64,000 nt of DNA from Octopus sinensis. Its lineage: Eukaryota. The position numbers and the translations under genes are program-made. Positions 22,891 through 37,938 of the stretch are shown here, piece after piece. Below the pieces are notes generated by a model, which was not told the DNA's origin, did no database searches, and saw nothing but the letters and a program-made list of their open reading frames with translations. Every line of letters starts with the position of its first letter. Positions within the stretch are counted from its first letter, which is position 1. The DNA is taken from positions 171,864,001-171,928,000 of the forward strand of contig NC_042998.1 of assembly GCF_006345805.1 (NCBI RefSeq), written 5' to 3'.

Positions 22891-23777
22891 ACATATATAT
22901 GTATAAATAGACTGATAGAGAAAGAGACAGACTCGACAGAATATATATATATATCGGCGTACGTACACATTTATATATATATACCAGCAATGTGGGGGAA
23001 AGCAAAACAATAAAAAAAGAGACTGAAACAAAAATAAATAATGCTCTGACAAATTTCAAGAGAGGAAGCAAAATGCTCGCTGAGTAGTATTAAGTGGTGT
23101 TGCAGAAAGCAATTGGTTAAATGTGAACCGAAAGAGGAAAAGGACGATGTAAGGAGAGAAGTGAAACTAAAGGCATGAGAGAAATGGCGGGAAAAAATAA
23201 CTACAGCAAATCAGCACAATATATTGTAAGTAGATTTGTACAGGATTAGTAAAAGGGTCGTGTTGAGGATTTGAGGAGGCGGTTCTGCGCGTAGTCTGTG
23301 TTTGCGTATGTGTATGTGTGTGCGTGTGAAAAAAAAGAAGAGTGCTAAATTAGAAGTAAAGGAATGGGTGTAAAAACTGATAACGGGTTGGGAAAAAAAA
23401 TGAAAGAGAAAGAGAAAAAGAAAAAAGAAAGAGAATGCAACTGGCGGTAGATTCAAGAGAAACGGAAGAAATGAAAAATACGTTGTTTGGAATGGAATTT
23501 TGTAGTGTTAAGTGAATTGAGTAAGAATCATACGCATTTTCGCATGCATTCTTACGTATACATATATACATGCATGCACGCACACACATAAATATTTATT
23601 TAGATATACCCATGGGTGGGGTGTATGAATATATTTGTATATTATTAAGTAGCTATTTATATTATGTATATATGTGTGCATTGTATATATTTATGAATGT
23701 TATGTATTAAATACATAGATATGTATAAAGTATGTACTTACATGCATATACATACATATATATTTAAAGAGAAGGCA

Positions 23778-23844
<67 letters not shown>

Positions 23845-25666
23845 AAGAGATAAATAGATAGAGTGGCGCACAGATAGATCTGTAGATATGTGAGAATCAG
23901 CCACTCTATTGTGATACGCTCATATGTTGTAATGAAATAAAATATGCTAACATCATAATATAACTGTTTTCAGATTTACTATAATCACATTACATGTAAT
24001 GCCACTTTTAATACTGTACTTATTTTTGTTGTTGTTTTGGTTTTTAATTTTTATTTTTTTCTCTTTTCTAACAATAGTTAACATTGACTTGCAACTGCTT
24101 GCCATAACATACCAGGCAGTTCTAAATATCAAATCCAAGAAAATGAAATCTAAGAAATTGAAAGTGACCGAATTTTCGTAGACAAGGCCAAATCATTTTC
24201 CTTGAAAGTCGGAAGTTGTCTGGGTGTCAGATCAAGGAATAGCCAGTGAGTAATTTAGTTTGTTAGAATGCAGTACGATTATTTTTGCTGCTGTTAGTTT
24301 TGTTCAGCTCTCCACCTCCTCCAGGTCAGGCCTGATCAAGTAAGTTATGATCGAAGAAATGCCATCCATAACCACTCCCCACTTCATTCAAATACAATGC
24401 ATCAAGGACTACATTGTTCACCGTCCTTTATTTTTTTTAGTGGCGAATGTGTAACGTCTGTGACAAATGGTTCCTGCTTCTAGCTAGTCGAGCGATCGCG
24501 TATTCGTAGAATACATTTTAATCAGTGAAGTGGTTTCTAATCCCTGATTGTATCTATTTCATCTCACTTATATTACAACTTCTCCCAGGAAACGCATAAA
24601 TGTGACCTCTTCCCTTTGGCATAAACATTTCAAGTCCCTCGTTCATGCATTTGAAACATAATTTATTTTCTCCCAGCATGTTAAGGCTTTGTCAGGCTTT
24701 TAAATACCGGTGATATTTTTAAGCAGCAATATTTGCTTACTGAAACTGGAAACACAGCTTTACCATTATAGATATACTTCCCAAAAGATTCAAGAGACAG
24801 AGCCAAAGTTTTCCTTGTACTTTGAATAGTTATCTAAGTAGATTTCTCTCTAGCATTGTACATACCTTAGCTGCAGAATAATGGAAACAAGGTAAAACCG
24901 TCTTTAAAACTTCCTGGGCAAAGCAATGAACTAGGTTTATCTACACTATCTGTTTATCTACAGCAAGCCAGTACATACATTTACTAGTTACGGGCCAGTA
25001 GAATCGAGACCTCACCAAGTGAGCTCATGCTTTAAAATAGCACTGAACCTCAGCAGAACAGATTCTACCAATGCGTTGGTCCTTCAACAAGGGACACCAC
25101 GCATGCTGAAAATAATTGGAAACCGGGGCATACATGGCGGCAATACAAATAAATAAAATAGTCCAGGCGGTACTCCAGCATGGCTTAGCCATCTTGGCTG
25201 AAACAAAACAAGGAGCTAAAGAATAGAGACATTTCCCCCGGTTTACCACTATCACTTGGTCCTTGGGGTCATTTAGCAGATTTCACTTTGTTGCAATCTT
25301 TCCGGTCAGGCCTCGAGTTTGAGGCTAACTTCCTCCTTCCTTCCACCAATCTAGGATATTCCGGAAAAGTCATGAGCACGCCCTCCCTGCACCCAAACGG
25401 CACCCAAAAAGAAAAAAAAACAGCAAAATCAAAAACCCTACATTAATAACTATGACTAAAATGAATAAATAAAATAAAGGTAATGATAATAAAACAATAA
25501 ACAGAACAGTATTAAGCTGTGTATAAAATGAAAACTAATAGGAGGAAAATGTAAACGAAATAAAAAGAGAAAAATAATAGAAAAAGCTACAAACACTTCT
25601 ATACAAATTGTGTCAACTGACTCAACGAATTCAAATTTTGAGGGGAACGTAATAACTTATACTTAT

Positions 25667-26077
25667 TATTTCTTTACTGCCCACAAGGGGATACACATAG
25701 AGGGGACAAATAAGGACAGACAAACGGATTAAGTCGATTACATCGACCCCAGTGCGTAACTGGTACTTATTTAATCGACCCCGAAAGGATGAAAGGCAAA
25801 GTCAACCACGGCGGAATTTGAACTCAGAACGTAACGGCAGACGAAATACCTATTTCTTTACTACCCACAAGGGGCTAAATACAGAGAGGACAAACAAGGA
25901 TAGACAAACGGATTAAGTCGATTATATGAACCCCCAGTGCGTAACTGGTACTAAATTTATCGACCTCGAAAGGATGAAAAGCAAAGTCGACCTCGGCGGA
26001 ATTTGAACTCAGAACGAAATACGGCTACGCATTTCGCCCGGCGTGCTAACGTTTCTGCCAGCTCGCCGCCTTATCTG
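25667..26077 (-). mobile_element. Dimeric family A SINE
   Basis: Junction at 25850/25851; probable TSD ATACTTATT at 25659-25667 and 26078-26086. Confidence 0.85.
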
Positions 26078-26946
26078 ATACTTATTTATGTATAACTAAT
26101 GTAATACAAACATGCACACAAAACAAACTATATAACGCGCACACACACATGCTTGGCCTGCTTCTGCTCTTTGTTTACATGGAAGATCTTGTCAACTCCT
26201 GTTCAAACAATTTTTAACTACATTAATTTATTCCATGTTGTTTGAACGAGTTAGAGATCGGCAGCTGAATGTGACCGTTACAATAACCATCTTAAATAAA
26301 GACAATCACAGGATGAAAACCGAGTGATTAAATGGAAGATAATATTTGAGCCAAAAGTGCATGGCAGTTGGTTTATCAAAGAAAAACAAGTTCATCGAAT
26401 CCGGAATTATACTTTGGAAATTGTTAAATTACTTATGGAAAGTTATTATACGGTGTTCCAAAGGCAGTAAGACGGTGTGGGTAGAACACGTCCCACGCGT
26501 CTGAAACACTTCACAAAATCGCAAATATGCCGGATTCAGAAAGTAGAGTAACCGTTTAGACAATTGTCTAAACTGGATGAATACTGCGTTGAAATCATTG
26601 CTGTTAATAATGCTGAAACTGGCCCCAAAACATGCCAACTGCTAATATCATACAGGGAGCATCTATAACGTCATTTTACACCCACACACACACTTTAATT
26701 TGTCACAGTGAGACACCCTTGTCCAAAGACTTGAACGCTTACACTAGCTGATATTCTCTGAACGTCTGATACTAGATCTCACATATTGGACTGGAGCTAT
26801 CGGCCGATGGAATAAATTTTAGGAAGCTGCTATCAAAGATCGTGTGAATAACCACCGCCTATCATTTCTCCCATTTCTGCGCCCTGCTATTGATTGGCCC
26901 ATCATACTCTTTGCATTCAAAGGTCCAGTAAGTCTACTGTCACTAA

Positions 26947-27152
26947 TACTCTTTTACTTGTTTCAGTCATTTGACTGCGGCTATGCTGGAGCACCGCCTT
27001 TAATCGAGCAACTCGACCCCGGGACTTATTCTTTTTGTAAGCCCAGTACTTATTATTCTATCGGTCTCTTTTGCCGAACCGCTAAGTAACGGGGACATAA
27101 ACACACCAGCATCGGTTGTCAAGCGATGTTGGGGGGACAAACACAGACACAC

Positions 27153-27216
<64 letters not shown>

Positions 27217-27374
27217 TATAATATATATATATATATAATATATATATATATATACATACATATATACGACAGGATCCATTCAGTTTCCGTCTACCAAATC
27301 CACTCACAAGGCATTGGTCGGCCCGGGGCTATAGCAGAGGACACTTGCCCAAGATGCCACGCAGTGGGACTGAA
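26947..27374 (-). mobile_element. 5'-truncated family C SINE with expanded internal (TA)n
   Basis: Family C tail and core; head missing upstream of TTCAGTCCCACTGCG. Confidence 0.8.
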
Positions 27375-27779
27375 GATGTTACCGAAGAATGTAAAGGGGT
27401 ATTTAAAAAAATGATAAACAAAAGTTAAATGAAAAAGTCGATGCCATATAACTATACTACGTACACTAATGCAGTACTCAAACGTTTGCGTGAAAAACAG
27501 ATCTGGCCATTGGTTCTACCCTCACCAGCCTACGGCCTGTGGGACACAAGTGTAGAAAAGGCAGAGCGGTGGAAGAGATGTTTTTGCAATGTTTAGTTAC
27601 ATCTCTTTACGTTCCTAGTTCAAATCCTACAAAGGTAGACTTTGTCTTTTTTTCTTTCAAGGTCGATGAAATTAACATCGGCTATTCATTGAGGTTGATG
27701 TGTCGTCTGCACACATCAACCTCAAAGCCTTACTCAAAAATGGGTTGAGATGAAACTATTCCTGAAAGATCGAGCCAAG

Positions 27780-29000
27780 GTGACGAATAACTATACCACT
27801 TCGTTCATAATTTACCGCCTGTGTGTCGTGCCTTGCTATAATTCTTGGTTGACGAGACTGGAGCATTAACTTTTCCACTTTCTGACCAGTGAAAGGGATA
27901 CGTTCTACTGGTCAGACTGCCTATCTGTTGCGCGACTGAAGTGGTATTGGTATGCTGTGATTACTGGTGTGCAGATACGCGCTGAGGCTGTCGCCTGTAG
28001 AGTTTCTTCGGCGGTTCGCATGTACACTGTTTCGTAGCTCATCTCTTTGACAAATCTGCAGCCATTGGGTCATTGAGTGCTTTGACATCTGGAATGGCAT
28101 CAAGTCCTTACCGTTCTGCCGCTCTGTATTTCGGGCAATACTATTAGTGGAAATTCCTCTTTGGCAATACACAAAGAGAACTATAGGTAGGTGCGAGCGA
28201 TGTTGTTCTCAGGGAAATCCTAGGCGTCAACGAGAACTTTCGGAACGAACAACTACGAGAAATGCTTGGCCTGGCAGTGCTACTGAGAAGCACTACGAGT
28301 TCGATATAAACTCTACTGGCACGAATATGTCGCCGGAAATGTCTGGAGTGTACCTCGGACAGGTGAGACTGTCTGAGACATGCCCGGAGTGAAGAAACCA
28401 TAGAGCTATACTACACTATACTACACACACTCATGCAGTATTCAAACGTTTGGTCGAGTCCATCGTAAATATTGTCTCACCGTCCACCTTTAAAAAAGTT
28501 AGGCAAGTAGTTTCCTTTTGTTTGTTGACTATGTTGAAAGTAGTTGCACAGTGGACAAGGTTGAAAGGGCTGACATCGGAAACCTTCCTCTTCGGCCAAA
28601 GCTTCATCAACCTTTCAAGCTCCATTTGGAAAGGAAAGTAAGGATGGAAAGGGAAGTACACTCTCCCAGTAAATTTGTTGAAAGATCGGTAAATGTGGCG
28701 AAAATGACTACGGTGAAAGGGACTACATGCATACGTCTGTATATAGGAAAACAACAGTTGATTGATGCTTCATGCCTTCGCTGGCCAGGATGATCCTGGA
28801 TCTCTGTAGTTCCTTCGTTGGAGACTACTGTAACAGGACTACATTATCCATGTATTCATATATTTTGTACACTATGTATACCTTTTATCTCATTTTCTCC
28901 CTTCCTCCCCCTTTTTACTCCTTACTGTTTTTTCTGTAAACCTCCACTTTAATTGTAACTTATCGTTGTATAACGTCCCATTCAGCGGACGCCCCTGCAG
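27780..29000 (+). mobile_element. Decayed Tx1/L1-clade LINE 3' portion
   Basis: Plus peptides AWQCY*EALRVRYKLY (about 28265-28320), VESIVNIVSP..QWTRLKGLTSETFL, HLERKVRMEREVHSPSKFVER; homologous in kind to 6301-7030. Confidence 0.75.
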
Positions 29001-29459
29001 CAAATAAGGTAAGTAAATAATAAATAAATAGATAATGATGACGATAACAATCCTCTCTTTATTGGTTACAAGGATCGCAAAAAATAAAGCATTTAGAACA
29101 ATACAAGGATAGAGGACAGTAGAGCAAGCGCTACCTAGTGCTCAGCCAATAAAGTGGGGCAAGGCACAACTGTCAGTTCTTGAACAGCTGGATGTCTGGA
29201 ATAGATCAAACCAAACCAAACCAAACCAAACAAAACAAAACAGAACCCGGACAATTTAACTGGTATATTTGTCCAGAGTCCCACAACACTTTAGGATAGT
29301 ATAGATCTGCCTCTCCAGATGCCGAGATGCAGGTCTAATAATTTCTCCTGGTTAATTTTGCACCTATCACCGCCCCATGTTCCTTTAGAGTGGTGTCGGT
29401 CACCGAGAGAGAGGGAGAGAGGGAGAGAGAGAGAGAATTAGAGAATTAGAGAGTCAGAG

Positions 29460-30110
29460 AGAGTGAAGACACCCTTGACGGATTGGACACATTATACTGA
29501 AACATTCCCAAGGCGGCCATTTACTCTGATCACCGAACAAATCTTCTGCTGGCCTAAAAAATAGTCCATCAAGATATGATCTGGATGCCGCGATGCTGCT
29601 AACCCATTTTCTTATTGGCATATTCGGGAAATCCAGTCGGTACTTGTGAGTCAATTGAAAACGACTAAGCAGGTCTGTGGGGTTTTTATACACCCATCTA
29701 CAATGAACTAGCCCAACACTATTTAGACATGCATCCAAGATTGCATTAAAGAGCGGAACGTTTTCAAGAAAGCCTCCAAACGTCTGTAAAGATTTGGTTG
29801 CTTTGTAGTAACTAGTCTAAAGGCAGCACATTCGCTAATGTTCATGACTAGGTCTACTAATTTACCGTCCGAGCCCAGGAACATCGACCGTATCCCAAGG
29901 CCTAGGCTTTTTCGAACCATACCCTACCCTATTCCTCATTCCAGGCCGATTAAGAAATGTGAAGATCTCAAAATCGCTAAAAATGGTTACTAACGTGCTT
30001 ATGTTGGAAATCCTTGAGTCGTCGATGGCTATCATATCCAAACTTAGCGACCTGGGGTCATTGAGGAGACGATCCCTGCATCCAGGGTGACACCAGGCCA
30101 CGTGCATTTA
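29460..30110 (-). mobile_element. Tx1/L1-clade LINE apurinic-type endonuclease fragment
   Basis: Minus peptides RLLNDPRSLSLDMIAI, VRKSLGLGIRSMFLGSDGKLV, TDLLSRFQL..YRLDFPN..SRSYLD (APE SYLD/ID motif); frameshifted. Confidence 0.75.
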
Positions 30111-30239
30111 TACACGTTACTTTCGTTGTTGCTGCCATGTTAATAGAAGGAGGAGAAAAGGAAACAATGTAACTCACCTATTTGGTGGTCCTCGAGTTTG
30201 GGTAACTAGGTTTCCATAAAAAATTTGAGGATGCCCTTT

Positions 30240-30560
30240 AGGACCCTACTTCTGGCCCGTGCGCTGGGGCTTCTTACATCATCGATGAATTTTTTCATAA
30301 TTATATTGTATGTATCCAAATCAAGCTTTCTCCATTTCTTTCTTTTTTTTTCTCAAATTTTGTGGTGCTTTGAAGATACGGGACCTGATGACCTCTCCTG
30401 TTTCAATGGTTTCATTTTGTGTGCTGAAGGATATCAGTTTTGTGCTCATTCTCTTTATCACCACAAACTGATTACAGCATATAACTGGCCAGTATATTAC
30501 CTCCGGTTTCGAGTCATTAGATATTACTCAGAACTATTCAGACATGCAGGCCGGAAGCGT
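30240..30560 (-). mobile_element. Possible decayed Penelope GIY-YIG fragment
   Basis: Weak resemblance only; many disruptions. Confidence 0.2.
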
Positions 30561-31026
30561 GTAGCCTCTTAAGCGGTGGAGGTACATAAACACTAGATTT
30601 GGTTTGGTGGCGACAAAAGCATAAAATGTAATTTAGTGAAAATTTATTGATAATATTTTCTTCCCCAGAATATCTTCCACGAAATTTCGTTCAAACCTTG
30701 CGCGGCCACAAAATAATCTAGAATCTATGTACCTCGCTGGAGGCAAGCTACATTGATTCCAGAGGCTATGGTCTTCTAATCAGCCGTCAATATTGTCTGC
30801 TGGCAATATTCTGAGCGAACTCGACATTAACATTCAGCTCAGTTATATGCGAAATCTAGTAATATACTGTTCGATGAAATATAAACATATAATCGATCTA
30901 TTATTAATATTGAGCGTGATTTTCTTTGACTTATTGACTACATACGCGCGCGCACACGCATATATACATATATATATATATATATACATACATACATATA
31001 CATAGATATACATTATATATATATGC

Positions 31027-31064
<38 letters not shown>

Positions 31065-31070
<6 letters not shown>

Positions 31071-31864
31071 TACATGCATACACACAATCACACACACAAC
31101 CACACGCACAGAGTGCTACTGGCAACATGTAATCCAATAAAACCAGTTTAATTCTCGGGTCGTCGGCGACTAAACCGGCATCTCCACAAGCTTTCTGAGG
31201 AGGGTGGCTTGAAACCCAGCAGGACAAACGTAAGAACTGCTAAAACAATGGGGTACATAGAAATACCCGAGACGGTGAACGGGTACGCTGCAAAATCACT
31301 TTGGGAGTAATGGACCCCTAGTTCTTCTAAGAACACAATTCAAGAGGGATAGAGTGGGGTAAGAGGGGTCCTTAGCAGTGGTAGGAGCAACATGTATGCA
31401 CCATCCAGCAGCTCTGTAGTAAGAAAACTAAGATTAAGAGAGTACACTTGAAGAGAAAAGCAAGGTTTGTTTGTCAGATTTAAGGCGGTTTCTGACAGAG
31501 ACTGCAGTATCACAGCTTCTGCAAATATTATCAGGTACCAGGTGTCTTTGGTTCTTCTTGCCGTTGGATCTAATTCCTTCACGACGAGGATAGTGATATT
31601 CGGAAATACACGTCTTAGCACCACTGCAATGCTTCGATGTGCAGGCACCTTCTGCAATGTGGATCACAGATCTCGGATCTCAGGGACTGGATTGTTGTGG
31701 GCGTATAATATCAGTTTGAGTCAGCTCCACAATACTTGAAGTTTCGTGGACGTAGAATAAGTCGTTATAATCGGATGCTGGAAGTCAAAGTGAGATTTCT
31801 GCCTTCAAACATCTGAAGATGCGGACGTCATCATACACATACATGCATCACAACACCACGCACG

Positions 31865-31897
<33 letters not shown>

Positions 31898-31930
31898 CAC
31901 ACACATATATATATATATACACACACATAT

Positions 31931-31994
<64 letters not shown>

Positions 31995-32018
31995 CACACA
32001 CACATATACACACACACA

Positions 32019-32059
<41 letters not shown>

Positions 32060-32070
32060 CACACACACAC

Positions 32071-32105
<35 letters not shown>

Positions 32106-32172
32106 TACACACACATATACACACACACCACACACACACATATACACACACACACACACACTATATACACAC

Positions 32173-32243
<71 letters not shown>

Positions 32244-33060
32244 TATATATATATAACACACACACACATACATGCATACACACAATCACACACACAACCA
32301 CACGCACAGAGTGCTACTGGCAACATGTAATCCAATAAAACCAGTTTAATTCTCGGGTCGTCGGCGACTAAACCGGCATCTCCACAAGCTTTCTGAGGAG
32401 GGTGGCTTGAAACCCAGCAGGACAAACGTAAGAACTGCTAAAACAATGGGGTACATAGAAATACCCGAGACGGTGAACGGGTACGCTGCAAAATCACTTT
32501 GGGAGTAATGGACCCCTAGTTCTTCTAAGAACACAATTCAAGAGGGATAGAGTGGGGTAAGAGGGGTCCTTAGCAGTGGTAGGAGCAACATGTATGCACC
32601 ATCCAGCAGCTCTGTAGTAAGAAAACTAAGATTAAGAGAGTACACTTGAAGAGAAAAGCAAGGTTTGTTTGTCAGATTTAAGGCGGTTTCTGACAGAGAC
32701 TGCAGTATCACAGCTTCTGCAAATATTATCAGGTACCAGGTGTCTTTGGTTCTTCTTGCCGTTGGATCTAATTCCTTCACGACGAGGATAGTGATATTCG
32801 GAAATACACGTCTTAGCACCACTGCAATGCTTCGATGTGCAGGCACCTTCTGCAATGTGGATCACAGATCTCGGATCTCAGGGACTGGATTGTTGTGGGC
32901 GTATAATATCAGTTTGAGTCAGCTCCACAATACTTGAAGTTTCGTGGACGTAGAATAAGTCGTTATAATCGGATGCTGGAAGTCAAAGTCAGATTTCTGC
33001 CTTCAAACATCTGAAGATGCGGACGTCATCATACACATACATGCATCACAACACGCACGC
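31065..33060. repeat. 1198-bp-period tandem duplication (about 790-bp unit separated by CA/TA microsatellite)
   Basis: About 31065-31860 repeated at about 32263-33060; duplicated ORFs 31148/32346 and 31340/32538; one clear substitution, G31792 vs C32990. Confidence 0.95.
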
Positions 33061-33063
33061 ACG

Positions 33064-33163
<100 letters not shown>

Positions 33164-33282
33164 CACACACACATATACACACACACATATATATATACAC
33201 ACACACACACACATACACACATACACACACACACACACACACATATATACACACACACACATATATATATATACACACACAT

Positions 33283-33348
<66 letters not shown>

Positions 33349-33388
33349 CACACACACACATATATACACACACACACACACCACACAC

Positions 33389-33492
<104 letters not shown>

Positions 33493-34332
33493 ATTTCCAC
33501 CGAAGTTATTTGAGGAAAATGTGTAACAAAAAAAAAAAAAAGCAGAAACCAAATCCCCGAAAAATGTCAAAATTTCGATGTTAAGAAGAGAGAAGTAGCA
33601 ACAGTTGGGTAAAATAAAAACAAAAAGAAAAAGGTTGTGGGTGGAGGGCAAAGAGAAAACTAAGAGAAATAAATATGGAAAACAAAAAAAAAAAAAACGT
33701 TTAAGCAGTCAGAAGAAAAATAACAGTCCAAAGTAGCTTACAGAGATGGACAAGAAACCGGGAAAGTAATAATAGTTTAATAAGAGAAATCCATCTGGTC
33801 CTGAAAGAGGGAACTAAAAATGTTTAACATGATGGTATAAAGAATATGGAAAAGAAAATTAGATATATATAGTTTTCGAAAGATGTGTCATACATTTTCT
33901 CCCTCTCTCTCTCTCACACTCAGTCCCTCCCCTTTTCTCTCTCTTTCTCTCTTTCCCTCTCTTTATTTTACGGCTTAGCGAGAGAGGGGAAGAACAGCGT
34001 CCATGACCTTTTCAGGCCTTCTGAGATAGGTGAAATGAAAGAGAAATGTTATCCTCAGACAGAAGCCCCAGCACTATTGCTTACAATAAGAGTGGACTCT
34101 ACGAAATGCACCCACTGGCTGATTGAGGTGGGTGGGAGTGTTAAACTGAGTGACGGATTAAGCATATTATCAGTCATAAACAGAAACAGGACTTCAGACG
34201 GAGTTCCTGTCATTTTATGTCTACCAAATTCCACTCAAGAGAATTGGTCGACACGAGGCTATGTCTGTATTTCAAAGAGGCATATTCTTTAGTAGAATAT
34301 AAATTTTGACACCTAAGCTTTTCTTGAAGGCA

Positions 34333-34698
34333 TCTATATATATAAACGGCAAAATGTCTGCGTGCGTGTCCTTTATACAAATCCACAATTTTTCAGTTAG
34401 AGGGCTCGCACTTTATATGGTCATTCAAAACCGTCCAAGGGTGGTCGTGCACATCTTTACATTTCCCCCCAATCACCCCGTAAAGCCATTAAAAAATCAA
34501 TAGAAGTAACTTTTTTTTGTGAATTTTCTATCCAAAACCCAATCAAAATGCCTGAAACTTGATACGCCAATTGAATGCCAGCTAGCTGTATGTGATTGGT
34601 CGGAGATTTGGACAGTACTCACGTGTATGTGTGCACGCACGCAGCTGTATATGCAAGCACTAGCACTATGACCCGGCAACGCCGGGTCATAGTGCTAG
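34333..34698 (+). mobile_element. Non-autonomous Helitron
   Basis: Starts TCTATATATATAAA after A34332, ends CTAG before T34699; subterminal hairpin 34659-34699; no TSD. Confidence 0.8.
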
Positions 34699-36496
34699 TT
34701 AGTAATAAAAGTGAAATCAAATCGTTCAACGGAATCGAAATGCAGAGTTAACCACTGTCTGCAGCATGTTCTTTACGACACTCGTCAATATTATATACTT
34801 CATAATTTTAAGGCCATCAGTTTTGATGGGAGGGAGAGGTCGACCACAACGACCCCAGTGCACGACTGGTACTTATTTTACTAACACTGAAAGGATGAAA
34901 GGCAAAGTTTACCTTGGTGATATTTGAACTGAGAATGTAAAGAGCAGGAAGAAATATTGCTAAGCGTTTCATTCAAAATGCTAACGATTACGGCATTCGC
35001 CGCCTTTCGTCATTATAGTGAAAATAAATATTGATTTCTTTCCCCTTTCTATCTATTGTTTTCTCAGATTGCTTTACATGCAAGATGAGTGGTAGAAGAA
35101 ACCGCATGTAGTAGGTATTGCCTTCAGTGGTTGATCCACCAGGCTACTCGGTATATCACCTACAATTGATGTCTTCGACAGAGTTCGATCAGATGTTATA
35201 TTAAAAGCAAACCGCCTATTCCCTTTTGCTTACGTACTCACTGCAACACTGACCGGTAGATTTCGAGACTGGACATTATCTAAACCAGTCTCACCACTCT
35301 AAGGAGGGATGCAAAAAGAATGGACAATGTCTATCTCTTTCTTATCAACTTGTAGAAAATATATATTGATGCTGTTGGCGTTCATAGCTTCTTCGTAGAT
35401 AAAGTGAAGTGAATCTTCACGACTTACACATCAAATAGCAGCCTTCAAATTACGTACAAACCACCTTAAAAGGAAGCGAAAGAAAGCAAAAATAATTCTA
35501 ATATAAAAGATTGATCTTTTATAGCTGGAACGCTTTTGACTACAAGTCCTTTAGACCAAATCTGACGCGGAGCTAAGCAATGACTGCCCTGTAGAGTCCG
35601 ATTCACAGGATCTGTATACTAAGACAGTCAATATGAAAATATTGAAATTAAGCTGCCGAGGGAATGAAATAGGGTGTGTGTGTGTTGATTTGTTTTATTG
35701 TTTTGGTTTTGAGCATCATGACGAAATTCGAGATAGCGTTGTCACTGGACTTGCGAGTTGCCAAAACCATCTGTCTCTGTCTACGTCTCACTTTCTCTCT
35801 CTCATATCACATTCTATCATCATAACAAGAAGAACAGGATGCCTTTTTAATCATATTATGTTTGATATGAGCTGATCTGGGCCTAAACAACAACAAAAGC
35901 GACATCATCAGAGAATTGAAATCAAAGGGCGAAATCCCGCACCCAGCAGCAGTAACCTGTAGATTTCAAGATTGGAAATGTTTGCTGGACGTCAATCCAG
36001 TTTGTTGGGTAGAATCGTTAGCACGTTGGAATAAAGTGCTTTGTGGAATTTGTTCTGGCTCTTTACATCCTGGATTCAAATCCTGCCGTGGTCAGCTTTA
36101 CCTTTCATCCCTCTGAGGTCGATGAAATAATGTATCTGTTAAGTTCTATGCAATCGACTAACACCCGACGGCAAAACTGCTGGTCTCGTGACTGCTGTAG
36201 ACGCAATTATTACTGTGCTTTTTACTCTTTTAAGACAGTCAAGTGATGTTTTGGAGATTTTCTGTATTTCCAACTGGTGGAGTATTTGAGTAAAAACTTC
36301 CTAAAATTGTGTAAACGAGGAAGAATTTGTTGGGTGTCAGTAAGTTCACTTATTGTGAGGAGAAGGTGCAATGTGTCGACTGTACATTAAATTGAATTAT
36401 AGGGCAGTACAAGGGAACTCGTACAAGGAACTCGAAGAAAGCGGCGGACAGAAAATAATAACAGACGAAATACCGAAGTTATACTAAAGGCGTTTT

Positions 36497-36527
<31 letters not shown>

Positions 36528-37906
36528 CACACACACTTTTGTGTGTTTCTATGATTGTATGCGCGAGTATAATGTCTATCGAAAGACCCTCTATGTAATT
36601 GCAAACCTCCTAAAGAATAGCTACCAAATGTCGCCCAATTTGCTACGAACTCCACAAAACTAAAAGGACATATTTAACAATGTAAACCTGGACACACTGC
36701 CTGGATATAAGATGGAAGGTCATCAATGGAATTCTTTGATCATAGGTCATCTTCATCAGAACCGATTAAAGATTAAACAAGATAATTATATCCATACATC
36801 CAAACGTACGTATTTCTACATGCATACATAGGCGCCGGCATAGATGTGGTTAAGAAGTTCATTTTGCAACGACGTGTTTTAGAGTTCAGTTCCGTTGTGT
36901 GACATTCGCCTCACCCAAAGCTGGTAGACTGAAATAGTGTGGCAGCACATCAAACACACAGATGCATAAACACAAACACACACAAACACAAACATACGCA
37001 CACACACACACATGAGCATGTGTGTTTGTGTTTATCCTACCTATTTCTTTACTACCCACAAGGGGCTAAACATAGAGGGGACAAACAAGGATAGACAAAC
37101 GGATTAAGTCGATTATATCGACCCCAGTGCGTAACTGGTACTTACTTAATCGACCCCGAAAGGATGAAAGGCAACGCTTGATAACCTGTGTTGGTTTGTT
37201 CATATTTTCTGTTCGACAGAAGATAACGAGAATAATGTACCCCATCCTTAAAATAAAGTTCTCTTTGTTCGACTAACCCTACAAGGTAGTGTTCTATCAT
37301 GGCCGTAGTCCAATGGAGGAAACGAATAAAAGATTAAAAGAATACATACAAACAAAATTAAATGGATTTTCGTCGCTTTCGATGATAAATATTCCAGTTA
37401 TTCAATCAACCAAACCACCTGCCCATTGTATGAGCGTTTAAGTTGCAAAGGAGTGGCCCTGAGACACTCGTCGCCTTAATGTAATGCTCTTGTAGAAGCA
37501 GCGTGACACAGTATAAAGACAATGCTGACCTTCAGAATTGAAGGTAGGTATCTGCCGAACGAAAATGCAAAGATTCCAGTTACCCAATTTCATTTACGGA
37601 GTGGTAACACACCAGGCTATAGAAAGGACACATGACCAAGATATCATGGAACACAAGTGAATGTTACCTATCATGATTGAATCAAACGTGTTAAGCATAC
37701 CTGCGCACGTTCACACAGACACACACATACACACACACACACACACACAAATTGTAAATGTCAAAACAAATATATGAAGGCCTATAAGATATATATATTT
37801 AGAAAGCGAGATATATAGTATCTATTTCATGTTATATAGAAGTGTTTACCTGGTTGAACTACAATGAACAAACATACAGGTGTATATATATATATATATG
37901 CGTATG

Positions 37907-37938
<32 letters not shown>

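Noticed and set aside
21493-23071. Long ORFs rich in Y/I/M/C/V (also at 31805-33651, 37842-41270, 45364-46906, 57448-59426)
   Set aside because: They are translations of TA/TG/CA microsatellites, which lack stop codons in several frames.
31065-33060. Repeat-spacer-like periodicity
   Set aside because: Two long, near-identical units separated by microsatellite; not a CRISPR array, and the context is eukaryotic with no cas genes.
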